A stretch of 64,000 nt of DNA from Limnochordales bacterium (GTDB taxonomy: Bacteria; Bacillota; Limnochordia; Limnochordales; DUMU01): NCBI GenBank assembly GCA_014896315.1, contig JADBKP010000010.1, positions 68,821 through 132,820 on the forward strand, written 5' to 3'. Below the pieces are notes generated by a model. That model ran no database searches, was not told the DNA's origin, and saw only the letters and a program-made list of their open reading frames with translations. A program made the position numbers and the translations under genes. How positions within the stretch are numbered: the first letter of the stretch is position 1; every line of letters begins with the position of its first letter. Shown piece by piece: positions 20,689 to 31,450 of this stretch.

Positions 20689-22518
20689 GTGGGACTTACT
20701 TCCAAAGGCGCAGAAGAGCTCTGGCATCTTCTGGTGGAAATCAAGGATTTGACAGGCGGGTCGCTTTCTCGCAAGGAGATCGAGACGCTGGCGGCACGGA
20801 TTCTGGACGTCGAATGGGAACGCCAGGTTCGGCCGATAGAGATACTTTACTACTCACACGAGATCACGAAAGAAGAAAGAGATTTCCTGATTCGGGGAGT
20901 CATCGAGAAGTATGTTGGTCGTGGTCTTAGACCTCCTGCTGCTGTGAATGACTGCCCCAGTCATGTTCTAAGTCTTGAACGGCAGAGGGAGTTAGTCCAA
21001 CTTGTGCAGCAGGTAGAGCAGCGGCCTTCAGAACGCGCCCAGCGGCTGGTTTACGACTATGTCCGCGCGGCTCTGCAAGGTACCAGGATAGGAGCCGAAG
21101 CAGCGGTACAGGTAGCCCGCCAGGCTTTGAACATTTCTTCCGAGTGTGCTGATGCCTACCTCATGCTGGCGGCTGCCGCAGGATCAGCGAAAGAGGCTGT
21201 TTCCTGGAGTGAAAAAGCATTGCAGGCTGCTGAGAAGCTGTTGGGCCAGGAATTGATCGAGAAGTCTGCCGGTCTTTTCCTGAGTCTGGTCCTCACCCGG
21301 CCGTATTTGCGGGCTCGGAATCAGCTGGCCCGGGCACTTTGGAATGCTGGTCGCAAGAGTGAGGCTATCCAACATGCCGAAGCGATTCTAGCGCTCAATC
21401 CGAGCGACATTCTTGGGGTGCGTTTCTACTTGCTGAACTGGTACCTGGAGATGCAAATGACAGAGAAAGCCGGAGAGCTGTTCGATAACTACCACCTCAA
21501 CGAGAAGGGACCTGATAGTGACCGGACGAGCGTCGTCTATGATCGGGCTCTTTTGCTATTCCAAAAGGAGGGCGACTCGCCGCCAGCTCGCCAGGCTTTG
21601 GACTATGCAGTTTTTCGAAATCCCTATGTGATTGGGGCTATCACCCGGGCACTTCTTGCCAGCGCTATTGCTGGGCCCGATTCGGATGAATTCATGCTAC
21701 CCGTGCGAGAGCTAGAGCGGTTGGCTGAGCATGACGATCGTGTGGGCAAGTTGGCTTTCGAGGCAGCAGAGTATTTCCGAGAGCGGCTAGAGGCCTGGAT
21801 GCAAACGCCGGGAGCAATGGAGTGGATTGGCGAATCGGGAATGAAGCTCCTGCTGAGTGCTGTAGGCGGTTCAGGACGAACGGCAGGCAAGCGAGGCAAG
21901 CAGGTGCCTGTTGTCGCTCCAGAGCTAATTTACCAGTTGAAGATCACCTTGAGCGGGAGCAAACCACCTATCTGGCGGCGGGTGTTGGTTCCGGCCAGTG
22001 CGACTTTTTACGATTTGAACGAGATCATCCTTGAATCCATGGGATGGCTGGGGGGCCATCTGTGGGAGTTCGAAGTGGGTGACCATCTATATGGACCTCG
22101 CGGTCCGGACCTGGATTGGGGAGATGAACCGCCGCAGGATGCCCGCAAGACCCGGCTGTACGAGGTCCTTGGCGGCCCGGGGACGACTTTTCGTCACTTC
22201 TATGACTTCGGGGATGGATGGGTACACAACGTCCGCGTCGAGAAGCTGTTGGAGCCGGAACCCGGAGTCACCTATCCCCGCTGCGTTGCCGGCAAACGGG
22301 CCTGTCCGCCGGAAGATTGCGGCGGCATCTGGCGTTATTACGAGCTGCTAAAGATTGCTGCCGATCCGTCCCACCCGGATCATAAAGAAACTGTTGCCTG
22401 GCTGGGGCCAGAGCGGCTTGACCCAGAGAAGTTCGACGTGGTGGAGGCCGACGCTGCCCTGGAGTACGTGCGGCGTCGGCTGAGCCGCCGGCAGCTGCGA
22501 GCAAAGAAACGAGGATGA
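20689..22518 (+). CDS. TPR-repeat protein with C-terminal pRiA4b ORF-3-like domain
   Basis: TPR-like helices (DAYLMLA, RPYLRAR, LNPSDILGVRF); YQLKITL..SKPPIWRR, YDFGDGW, ACPPEDCGG. Confidence 0.85.
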   Translation: MGLTSKGAEELWHLLVEIKDLTGGSLSRKEIETLAARILDVEWERQVRPIEILYYSHEITKEERDFLIRGVIEKYVGRGLRPPAAVNDCPSHVLSLERQRELVQLVQQVEQRPSERAQRLVYDYVRAALQGTRIGAEAAVQVARQALNISSECADAYLMLAAAAGSAKEAVSWSEKALQAAEKLLGQELIEKSAGLFLSLVLTRPYLRARNQLARALWNAGRKSEAIQHAEAILALNPSDILGVRFYLLNWYLEMQMTEKAGELFDNYHLNEKGPDSDRTSVVYDRALLLFQKEGDSPPARQALDYAVFRNPYVIGAITRALLASAIAGPDSDEFMLPVRELERLAEHDDRVGKLAFEAAEYFRERLEAWMQTPGAMEWIGESGMKLLLSAVGGSGRTAGKRGKQVPVVAPELIYQLKITLSGSKPPIWRRVLVPASATFYDLNEIILESMGWLGGHLWEFEVGDHLYGPRGPDLDWGDEPPQDARKTRLYEVLGGPGTTFRHFYDFGDGWVHNVRVEKLLEPEPGVTYPRCVAGKRACPPEDCGGIWRYYELLKIAADPSHPDHKETVAWLGPERLDPEKFDVVEADAALEYVRRRLSRRQLRAKKRG

Positions 22519-22736
22519 AGCTTCAAGGGGAGGCTTTGGCGATTCGCCAGCCGGAGCCTCCTCCTAAACTCCCCGGTTCATACCTGCCTCCCGCACCCCC
22601 CTTTTGACGACGAAATCCCAGAACCTCAGAGATGGTGGCCGCATACAAAGGTTCAAAGGTTCAGGCATCCTTCGTAATTCGCGCTCTTCGTAACCAGGGC
22701 GACCTACCGTTTGTAACAGGAGAGAGGGTGAATCCC

Positions 22737-22906
22737 ATGGCAGAGGAGCAGATCAACAGGACCGAAGGCAACGGCGTTGGCCAGGCCGGGGGCGCTGGCA
22801 GCGACGACCTTTTCCGGGTGGGGCAGCAAGTTCTGGTCACTATGGAAGCGGACCAGCTCAATCTGCTGGGACAGGTCTTCCGCCCCATCTTCTGCGGCAC
22901 CATCAC
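22737..22906 (+). pseudogene. mnxE: mnxE-like accessory subunit, 5' half, truncated by IS256
   Basis: GQQVLVTMEADQLNLLGQVFRPIFCGTI closely matches the Bacillus MnxE segment as I recall it (GKQILIITESSQLNILGQTFRPIFCGKV); upstream of an mnxG-like gene. Confidence 0.75.
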
Positions 22907-24185
22907 GGTCAAGTCCTGGATCCGGTGTAAAAGCGACCTCTGGTAGAATCTGGGCGATCATGCTGCCTCCTGCTGATCTGTTGCGGTGCTCTTTGGGGCT
23001 GTCTCCGATTGGGCCTTCCATCGCCAATACTCCGACATGTCGAAGTACCGGTGCCCCGTCGTCCAGTTCTCGTCGATTTCCATGAGGACTGCCCCCATCA
23101 GCCGGAGCGCCGACTCCTCGTTGGGGAAGATGCGGATCACTCGTTCCCGCCGGCGGATCTCTTCGTTGAGCCGCTCAACCCCATTGGTCGTCCGCAAGCG
23201 TCGACGATATTGCTCAGGAAGAGCCATGATTGCCATAGCATCTTCGAATCCGGATTCGAGGATTTCTACCGCCCGCGGAGCCCGCTCAGCATAATCCTGC
23301 ACCAGCTCCTCCTTCAGCCGACGCGCGGTCTCCAAGTCGGGGGCATCGAATACCAGGCGCAGGCGTTGGTGAAGCTCCCGTTCCAGTGATCTGGGGCAGG
23401 CATCGAGAATGTTGCGGATAAAGTGAGTCTGACACCGCTGCCACGTTGCCCCCTGAAAGCACGTCTCGATTGCTTTGACAAGGCCTTTATGCTCATCAGA
23501 TACCACCAGGTCAACCCCTGTCACTGCAAAGCCGAATCCTGCCGCCCTTGCGCACCCTGATCACTATGGCATCTACCAGCAAGAACGGATATCGCCCCCC
23601 GCTCAGGTCACGGTCGTTCCACTCCTGGACAATCGCATCGAGCCCCTTGCACAGCTCAGACACGGTCGACCGGGAAAACTCCGTCCCGCACAACTCCTCC
23701 ACAATCGCCCGAACCTTCCGGGTCGAAACCCCGTTGACCACCATCTCCACCATGGCCAGCAGCAGCGCCTGCTCACTGCGCTGGTAGCGTTCGAAAAGGT
23801 CGGTCGAGAAACTACCCCTGCGCACCCTGGGAACTTGCAGGTTCAGCTCGCCCACCCGGGTCTTGAGCAGCCTGGGTCGATGTCCGTTCCGATACCCCTG
23901 GCGCTCTTCGGTACGCTCGTAGCGCTCGGCCTTTAGTTGCTCAGTAACCTGCGCTTCCAGGATCTGATTAATCACCTGCTCCACAAGCCGCGCCAAGCCG
24001 TCATCCCGAACGAACAACTGCTGCAAGATCTCGCCGTCTATGGTAACCTGGTACTGGGCCATCCTTGTCCCTCCTGGTGATGTGGAGTAAGTCACCCATT
24101 CATCTACCAGAGGCGGGGTGGCCCTTCCTGCTTCGAGGGGCCCCCGGGACCCTCTCCACTTTTACACCAGCATACCGGACACTAC
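22907..24185 (-). mobile_element. IS256-family element with defective transposase (22958-24062)
   Basis: YRNGHRPR, LQVPRVR, GVSTRKV, WQRCQTHF, RTTNGVERLNEEIRRR; frame break and internal loss near 23520-23545; imperfect IRs sharing GGTGTAAAAG / CTTTTACACC. Confidence 0.9.
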
Positions 24186-24363
24186 TTTCCCGTTCTTAGT
24201 AATCGGAGTAATAGAGCGGGTGGTCGAGGAGTTTATCTTCGTACAGGTGGAGACCTGCCATGTGATGGAGCTTGAGGGAACGACTATGCGTATATACGTG
24301 GACGACATCGAAGTCTTCTACATCGAAGATGAAAAGCATGCTATCCCCTCTCTCAAACCTTAG
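24186..24363 (+). pseudogene. mnxF: mnxF-like accessory subunit, 3' half only
   Basis: FPFLVIGVIERV..FIFVQVETCH...IYVDDIEVFYIE...IPSL matches the MnxF C-terminal half as I recall it (YPYMFVGII...VETTH...IEVFYIE...IPKL); no own start codon or RBS. Confidence 0.72.
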
Positions 24364-24397
24364 CCAACCCCGATCTGTGATAAAGGAGGGGATAAAC

Positions 24398-27300
24398 TTG
24401 CTTCGGGAGTATCACGTCAATGCTATCTCCCTGCGCATTGTATATAACAAGTTCGGCGATCACGATCCCAACGGCATACGTCCTGGCCGAAGACGAGGAC
24501 AGAGTCCGGGCTGAGGTGGCCGCCAATCCCTTCACCCCGGTTGAACTGGTGCAGCCTCTGGCGCTACGAGCCAACGCCGGGGATGATATCCGGATCGTCT
24601 TCACAAACAGACTGCCCTTCGCCACCGGCATACACGTGCAGGGGGTGGAGTATAACGTACAGACTTCCGACGGTTCCTGGGTGGGCTGCAATGAGAACTC
24701 CCTGGCCCCGCCCTGCCCGCCCGGCGGAACACACATCTACGAATGGAAGGTGGTTCGGGAAGGGATCCACCACTTCAGCGACCTGGCCAACCCCCTCTCG
24801 AGTGCGCGGGGCAGCAACGTCCACGGCCTCTTTGGGGCGCTCATCGTCGAGCCGCGGGGCTCATGGTGGACCGATCCTGTGACGGGAGAGCCCAGCAAGA
24901 GTGGTGTCTTTGCCGACGTTCACAATCCTTTGTTGCCCTCTTTCCGGGAGTTCGTCTTCTTCTTCCATGATGAACCGGAGGTCAAAGACCTGACGGGCAG
25001 TGTGCCGATCGATCCTATGACCTTGCAGGCATCGCCGACCCCGGCAATAAACTACCGTTCCGAACCCCACCGCAACCGCGCCCGGCTGATCATGACCGGG
25101 GTGGTCTGTCCCGATTGTGACGGGGAAGAAGTTCACCATGACTCCTGGGTTTTCGGCGATCCCGATACGCCCGTCTTCCGCACCTACGTCGGCGACCCCA
25201 TCAAGCTCCGCCTGATCCACGGCGGGGTGCAGGAGACCCACGAATTCCACTGGCATGTTCACCAGTGGCGCTTCGAAGCAAATGATCCCGACTCAGACAT
25301 CGTTGACGTGCAGGCCGTCGGACCGCAGAGCGCCTTTAGCATTTCGCCGCTGTACGGGGCGGGGAGCCTGCAGGGCGCATTTGGCGACATTGTCATGCAT
25401 TGCCACCTCTACCCGCACTTCACCGACGGCATGTGGTGCATCAACCGGGCGTTCAACACTCTGCAGGACGGTTCACAATGTTACCCGAACGGGTTGCCGA
25501 TTGCGCCGCTGAAGCCCCTGCCCGACCGTGAACCGCCGCCGCTACCCACTCCGGAAAAGCCGGGCTTTCCCAACTTCATTCCCGGCATCTTCGGCTGCAA
25601 GGCGCCGCGTCCGCCCCTGGGCATCGAAGGCGGCCGCGAACCAACAGCGATTGAGCGGAACCAATTTGCCCCCAACGCCCGTCCGGGAGCGGTCTTCGTC
25701 AATCCCTGCCGCCCTGGGATTAACCCGGAGAGAGAGTTCGACGTGGTGGCCATTCAGATGCCGGTGGTCTACAACCGGCAGGGTTGGCACGACCCCGAAG
25801 GCCGCCTGTTCGTGCTGGCCGAGGACGAGGCCGAGGTACGAGCGGGGGCAAAACCGCCTGAGCCGCTGGTGCTGCGGGCTAACGCGGGGGACTGCGTGCG
25901 AGTGCGGTTCACCAACAAGTTCCGCGAGGTTATCGGCGGCAACGCGTTCCAACTGGCGACCCGCACCTACGAATCCTCCATGCACATCCACTTCGTCAAG
26001 TTCGACCCGCTGGTGTCCGACGGGGCTAACGTCGGCTGGAACTACGATTTTAGCGTTCTGCCCGGAGAGACGATCTGGTATCAATGGTTTGCCGACGTGG
26101 AACTGCGCAATGCCTTCTTCCACGACCATCTCTTTGCCAACACGCATCAGCAGCATGGCGTTTTCGGTTCAATCGTGGTCGAGCCGCGGGGGTCGCAGTA
26201 TCTGGATTCTTGTACGGGGAAGGAGATTCGTGCTGGTACGCAGGCGACTATCGTCAACCCCCTGATCCCCGACTTTCGTGAACTGGCGCTCTTCGTACAC
26301 GATTTCGCCCTGCTCTTCGATGCCGACGGCTGCCCGCTCAATAAGCCGCCCTTCCCGGGTTCACATGACGACCCGGGCGTCATGGGGGTGAACTACCGGA
26401 ATGAGCCGCTGCAATTCCGGATCGCCCGTGACTGCCGCCCGCATGCCTTACCCGGTGCTTCGGTCAGCGGTGCGGCCGCCACCGGGTCGGAACGGCCGGC
26501 TGCCAGCGATCCCGCGTACGTGTTCAGTTCGTTCGTCCACGGCGATCCGGTTACGCCCATGCTGCTAACGTATAACGGCGATCCGGTACGGATTCGCCTT
26601 ATGGACGGGGCGCATGAGGAGTCGCACAGCTTCAATCTCCACCGCCAGCGCTGGAACCGCATGCGCAACAATCTCAACTCGGAGTTGATCCAGCAGCAGC
26701 ATATCAATATTGCCGAACACTTCACTCTCGAGTTTGCCATGGAAGGTGAGGGGGATTTCGACTGCCTCTATCACTTCGGCAGTATCGATGACATCTGGCT
26801 TGGCAACTGGGGGATTTTCCGTTCGTTCGGGCAGCGGGTGCCGCACCTGATCCCGCTTCCAGACAGGCCCGCGCCCCCGCCCAGGACAAAGCCCTTGCCC
26901 GAGCGGACGGGCAAGCGGCCGCCCCGGGCCCGGGGCGGGGTGAGGCCCCGGGCGAAGCGGCAGCCCGGCCGGCCAGGGCCTGAGTCCGTACCCGTCCGCC
27001 ATTTCGACGTCTTCGCTCTACCGGCCCGCATTGTGTACAACGAAGCGGGCGATCACGACCCCTACGGCCTCGTCTTTGCCCTGGCCAAAGACGTGCCGGC
27101 CATCCTGAACGGGGAGAAGAACCCCGAGCCACTCATCCTGCGGGCCAATGTCGGCGACATAGTGGACGTAACGCTGTACAACGGCCTGCTAGCTGCGGGT
27201 GACGACAGCATATTCCACGGGGCCCGCGGCCCGCACAGACCCGACGGGACTGAGGCGCATGGCTACCCCGGCGTGCCGGTAGATGCTCCCTTCCCGCCCT

Positions 27301-28286
27301 CGCTGCGCATCTCCCTGCACCCGCAGCTTCTGGTGTATGACGTCCGCTCTTCCGACGGGGCGACGGTGGGGTTCAACCCGGATCAGACGGTGGCGCCGGG
27401 GAAATCCATCACCTACCGCTGGTACGTGGATCGCGAGGTCGGGGCGGTCAACCTCTGGGACATGGCCGACCTGCGCAACCACCGCCACCACGGGGCATTT
27501 GGTGCCTTTATCGCTGAACCACGCGGGTCGATCTACCTTGACCCCTTCACCGGTGAAGAGGTGGACGTAGGCGGGAACCAGGTTGTCATTCTCAACCCGT
27601 TCCTGCCGGCTTTCCGGGAGTTCGTGCTGGTGATGCACGACGGGGTGCGGTTGGTGGATGCGGCCGGAAACCTGATCATCGATCCCGAACCAGTTGTCCT
27701 GCCAGGAGGCGATGGTGCGGAACAGGAGGAGTTGGCGGATTTCGAGGATCAGGGGTCGCGCGGCTTCAACTACCGTTCTGAGCGGCTGCACCACCGCCTG
27801 GCCGAATTGCCGGATCTGGCCGCGGTCTTTACCTCCCGGCCGCCGCACCGGGATCCGGCGACGCCCTTCTTCCTCGCCCATGTGGGTGACCCGGTGGTGG
27901 TGAGAATGGTGGTGGCCGCCGACAAGCCGCGAGCCCACACGTTCACAATCCACGGGCATACGTGGCGGCGAGATGCGAACGACGGCAACTCCGCCTACGT
28001 CTCCCTGGCCGGCGAAATGAGCGTGGGTTACCACAAGAGCCTCTTCCTTGCCCACGGTGCGGGGGGACTGCTCGGCGTCCCCGGCGACTATATGTATCGG
28101 TCCGGCAACCTGCGCTGGGATGTGAAGCTCGGCATGTGGGGGATCATCCGAGTGCTGGAAAAGGGCGCGCAGTCCGGGATGCACGGGGATAAGTGTGGGA
28201 ACGGGCGAAAGTTGTTGGCCCTTTCGGCGCTCGCTGATCCGCTCCGGCCGATGGTCCGGAAAAAGGGGGTGAGGCAGGATGACTGA
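24398..28286 (+). CDS. mnxG: MnxG-like large multicopper oxidase (putative Mn oxidase), frameshifted near 24476
   Basis: AGGAGG RBS + TTG, LREYHVNAISLRIVYNKFGDHDPNG, then frame change to YVLAEDE; CPDCDGEEVHHDSWVFGDP, THEFHWHVHQW, HCHLYPH, MHIHF, FHDH, HSFNLH, HTFTIHGH. Confidence 0.88.
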
Positions 28287-29115
28287 CCATGCTGGGTTCA
28301 GATGTCCCGAGCGGCTGCCGGCTTCGGCGGGGGAGGAGGATCGCGTCTTGGGGCGCTTTCCCTGCCCGCCGCGGGTGCCTACACCCCGGTTTTCCTCACC
28401 GAACAGCCCGCTTCCGCCCGAGGAACTCGAGCAGCTCAAAGCTTGTCTGGAAGAAGTCAACGACCTGCTCCGGACCCTCGGTAATCCGCCGGATCCGAAG
28501 AACAAAGAAACCTTGCGGCTGCACCTGCGAAGGCTGCGCGGCCAGCGGGTGCTGGTGGAGATGGCCTGCGGCGGTGGTGGCACATATGCTCATGGCGGAG
28601 GCCAAGATGAGGGCGAAGGGCAGGAAAACGGCGGGCAAGAGAGCGAGAAGACGGGTCAGGGCAGGTCGTATGCTGGGATACTGCGGGATGCCGGCAAGGA
28701 TTACCTGGAGCTTGATTGGGGGAAGCGAGAGAAGCGAGGCGATCGGGAAGAGCAACGGCGGGTATTGCTGCCGTACGGACGTGTATGTATGGTAACAGTT
28801 CAAGATCCGGATGAATCGTTTGAGCCGCCGCACCATCCCGAACTGATTGATATCGACCCCGACCTGCGCCGGGATCTGGTGCTCAGCTTTGGCAGGGTGG
28901 TGGCGAGCAATCCAGAGCTGATCAGTATCTTCTTTGGGTTGCCATTGCACCTGCGCCTGCGCCAAGAGGCGGGAGTCAGAATCACCGTGCGGCTGGAGGG
29001 GGATACGGTCACCGGGCAGCTGAGCGAGGTAGACGAGGAGAGCATCAAGGTACGGACTGCGCCCGGGGCTGAGCACCGGATCATTCTGGCGGAGGTGTGT
29101 GCAATCCTCATCTAG
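28279..29115 (+). CDS. hypothetical protein overlapping the mnxG stop (possible Mnx accessory/spore-coat protein)
   Basis: 8-bp overlap with mnxG; repeated small beta-rich units (RVLVEMACGG...AGILRDAGKDYLEL; VRLEGDTVTGQLSEVDEESIKV). Confidence 0.6.
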   Translation: MTDHAGFRCPERLPASAGEEDRVLGRFPCPPRVPTPRFSSPNSPLPPEELEQLKACLEEVNDLLRTLGNPPDPKNKETLRLHLRRLRGQRVLVEMACGGGGTYAHGGGQDEGEGQENGGQESEKTGQGRSYAGILRDAGKDYLELDWGKREKRGDREEQRRVLLPYGRVCMVTVQDPDESFEPPHHPELIDIDPDLRRDLVLSFGRVVASNPELISIFFGLPLHLRLRQEAGVRITVRLEGDTVTGQLSEVDEESIKVRTAPGAEHRIILAEVCAILI

Positions 29116-29160
29116 CCGTTCCTTCGTGGCAGATGCAATACGCAAGGTGCGATACGCAAA

Positions 29161-29187
29161 GGAAGAGCCGCCGCAGCGGCTCTTCTT
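29161..29187. terminator. hairpin terminator between convergent genes
   Basis: GAAGAGCCG-ccgcag-CGGCTCTTC. Confidence 0.75.
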
Positions 29188-29269
29188 ATTTACAATGTGT
29201 CCTGGTTCTGTCCGGTTCATTGGCGCTGCTTGACGCGTTCTCTAGCCCCGCTTCTGGCCCGGACAAGCG

Positions 29270-29533
29270 TTAGCCAGAGAGGCGTTTGGCCTGGCGGATG
29301 CGATCGCTGACGACGGTGATGACGGCATGATCGTTACGGCGGAGGGTCACAAAGTCGTGGCCGACCCCGGTGAGGACGCCAGCGACAGGGCGCGGCTTGC
29401 CGCCACAGTCAAGCTTCAACCGTACCCGCTGCCGCCACAGCCGCAAGAAGCGGTAATTAGGTGAATCGGTCAGTCCGCACAGGTTCAGGTTCACCGGACA
29501 GGGGAACTCTTTGGCTGGCTCCACTCTTATCAT
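29270..29533 (-). CDS. small hypothetical protein resembling the beta-rich unit of 28279-29115
   Basis: QRVRLKLDCGG...VAGVLTGVGHDFVTL; AAAGGA RBS. Confidence 0.55.
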   Translation of the reverse strand: MIRVEPAKEFPCPVNLNLCGLTDSPNYRFLRLWRQRVRLKLDCGGKPRPVAGVLTGVGHDFVTLRRNDHAVITVVSDRIRQAKRLSG

Positions 29534-29630
29534 CCCCCATTTCCTTTTACTCAGCAGTTTACGGGAGAAGAAGGCGGGGGGAACTCGGAGGCGAAGATAG
29601 GAAAGATCAGGATGTACACACGGCCGGCCA

Positions 29631-30074
29631 CTACGGTATGAGACGAACAGAGACTCCCGGCACTGCCGTCCATGTTGAGTCTGCCGTCAGTGCTGGCAGG
29701 CCTAGGGTTTTCGCCAGCGCAAGACAGGCGCGGTCTGCAAGGGAGAGCCCCATGATTGTCGTTGAAGTACGAAGACGGGCTGCTTCCTGGGCCTGAGCAA
29801 GGGTAAAGTCCATGATCTCGATGGCATCAAGGATCCCATAAGCGGTCAGGTCCCGTATGGCACGGTCAACTCCCACACCGTGATCTTCGAGTTTGGCCAG
29901 AACCTCGGAGAGGTTTACCGCGGACATCGCGACGCCACTGGCCAGTGCTTCGGCTACGGTCTCCGCTCCCGGTTCGTCGAAGAGGTATGCCAGAAGGGCG
30001 GATGCGTCGAGGACGGCTTTGCCGGTCTTACCAGTGCTGCTGGCTTGCCTGGTAGTGCGACTCCTCCCGTCCAT
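29631..30074 (-). CDS. vapC: VapC/PIN-domain toxin
   Basis: VLDASALLA, NLSEV, LSLADRACLALA, LTAD. Confidence 0.9.
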   Translation of the reverse strand: MDGRSRTTRQASSTGKTGKAVLDASALLAYLFDEPGAETVAEALASGVAMSAVNLSEVLAKLEDHGVGVDRAIRDLTAYGILDAIEIMDFTLAQAQEAARLRTSTTIMGLSLADRACLALAKTLGLPALTADSTWTAVPGVSVRLIP

Positions 30075-30080
30075 ACTGCC

Positions 30081-30344
30081 TCACTCGCTCCGGGCGTCCT
30101 CTCGCTGCGCCTCGTGTCTGCGATCCCGGATTAACTCGGAGACAACGCTTTCCCCGCCCTTACGGAGATTGCCGTATATCCCGCGGCCTTTCTGAACAGC
30201 ATTCGCCAGCCGGATCACCCTGAACTCTCCCGCGTTCACCGGCTCGACAATTACGGTATCGCCCTCGTGCAAGTTCAGCTCTTTTCTGATCTGTACCGGT
30301 ATGCAGAGCCGGCCACGGCGGTCTATGGTTGCGCGTTCACCCAT
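30081..30344 (-). CDS. vapB: AbrB/MazE/SpoVT-type antitoxin (VapB)
   Basis: IDRRGRLCIPVQIRKELNLHEGD directly upstream of the PIN gene. Confidence 0.88.
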   Translation of the reverse strand: MGERATIDRRGRLCIPVQIRKELNLHEGDTVIVEPVNAGEFRVIRLANAVQKGRGIYGNLRKGGESVVSELIRDRRHEAQREDARSE

Positions 30345-30429
30345 GTGCCCGCCTCCTCGCATGGGATAGTGGTCCTCTGTGGGCAACCGTTATCATATCC
30401 CATTTATCTACCGCCAGCTACGGAGTTAG

Positions 30430-31450
30430 GCCCTCGGCTGGGTAGCCAACGAGAGGCGCTGAGTAGCAAGTTTGCCAGCCGCGCTGCAGTGGCCCTTGCC
30501 CGCCTGTACTTGCGGGCCCGGGACGAGGTGGCGTGGGCGCTTTGGGACGTCCGCCACCGGCATGAGGCGATCCAACGTGCTGAGGCGGTTCTGGAGCTGA
30601 ATCCGCACGCCGCCCAGGGGACACGGTTCTATCTATCGAACTGGTATCCGCGGCTGCAAATGACGGAGAAAGCCGGCAAGCTCCTCAACCGCTATCTTCC
30701 CGGCGGGGATGGACCTGATAGCCGACGAACGAGCGTGGCTTATGGTCGGGCCCTCTGGTTACACCAGCAGGAAGGAGCTTCGCCGGCAGCCCGCCAGGCT
30801 CTGGAGCATCCTCCTGTCGTCTTACCATCGTAACCAAGGCGCTCTTTGTGAGTGCCGTAGCCGAAGTGGATTATGGATGCAGTCTTGGAACCGATGCGAA
30901 GGTTGCAGGATCGGGCGGTGAGCGATGACGCCGGGAGTGAGTTGGCCGCGGCAGCGGTGGAATAATTCGACGAAGGGCTACCTGCTTGGATGCACACCCC
31001 GGGGGCGCTTGAGTGGATGGCAGACCTGGGTGTGGAGCTGTTGTTTAGCGCCAGAGGAGCGAAAGGGGTGAAGGGGGCGAAAGATGGCGAAGGGGGCGAA
31101 GGTGGCGAAACGGACCGGCCGAGGTGGAATCGTTGTTGCCCTAGACTCAAGCAGCATGGGCAGCATAGGGAGCATAAGCAGCATAAGCAAAGGCGAAGGT
31201 GAAAACCGTTATGAACCTGCGGTCAGGAGGCGGGTGCTGGTCCCGGCGAACGCGACTTTTGCTGATTTGAACGACATCATCCTGGAGGCCATGGGATGGC
31301 TGGGGTGCCATCTCTGGGAATTTGAGGTGGGTGACGAGCTATACGGGCCTCGCGGTCCGGACTTGGATTGGGCAGGTGAACCGCCGCGGGATGCCCGCAA
31401 GACCCGGCCGTACGAGGCGCTTGGTGGTGGGGCAACGTTCCGTCATCTCT
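30430..31450 (+). pseudogene. degenerate second copy of the TPR/pRiA4b ORF-3 gene
   Basis: Nucleotide blocks shared with 21290-22200 (e.g. ggcctcgcggtccggacttggattggg, gatgcccgcaagacccgg); stops and frameshifts; truncated by the IS21 remnant. Confidence 0.8.

Noticed and set aside
22620-22736. sigma-K/sigma-E promoter for the mnx locus
   Set aside because: Only partial CATA-like words without correctly spaced -35 elements.
24420-24476. ORF-track N-terminus of the multicopper oxidase (MLSPCALY...)
   Set aside because: No RBS; the MnxG-like N-terminus is in another frame starting at 24398.
27189-28583. Long antisense ORFs opposite real genes (e.g. 114-1253, 1151-2611, 5753-7021, 27189-28583, 51893-52972)
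   Set aside because: Shadow ORFs expected at high GC; no family motifs and fully overlapped by well-supported genes.
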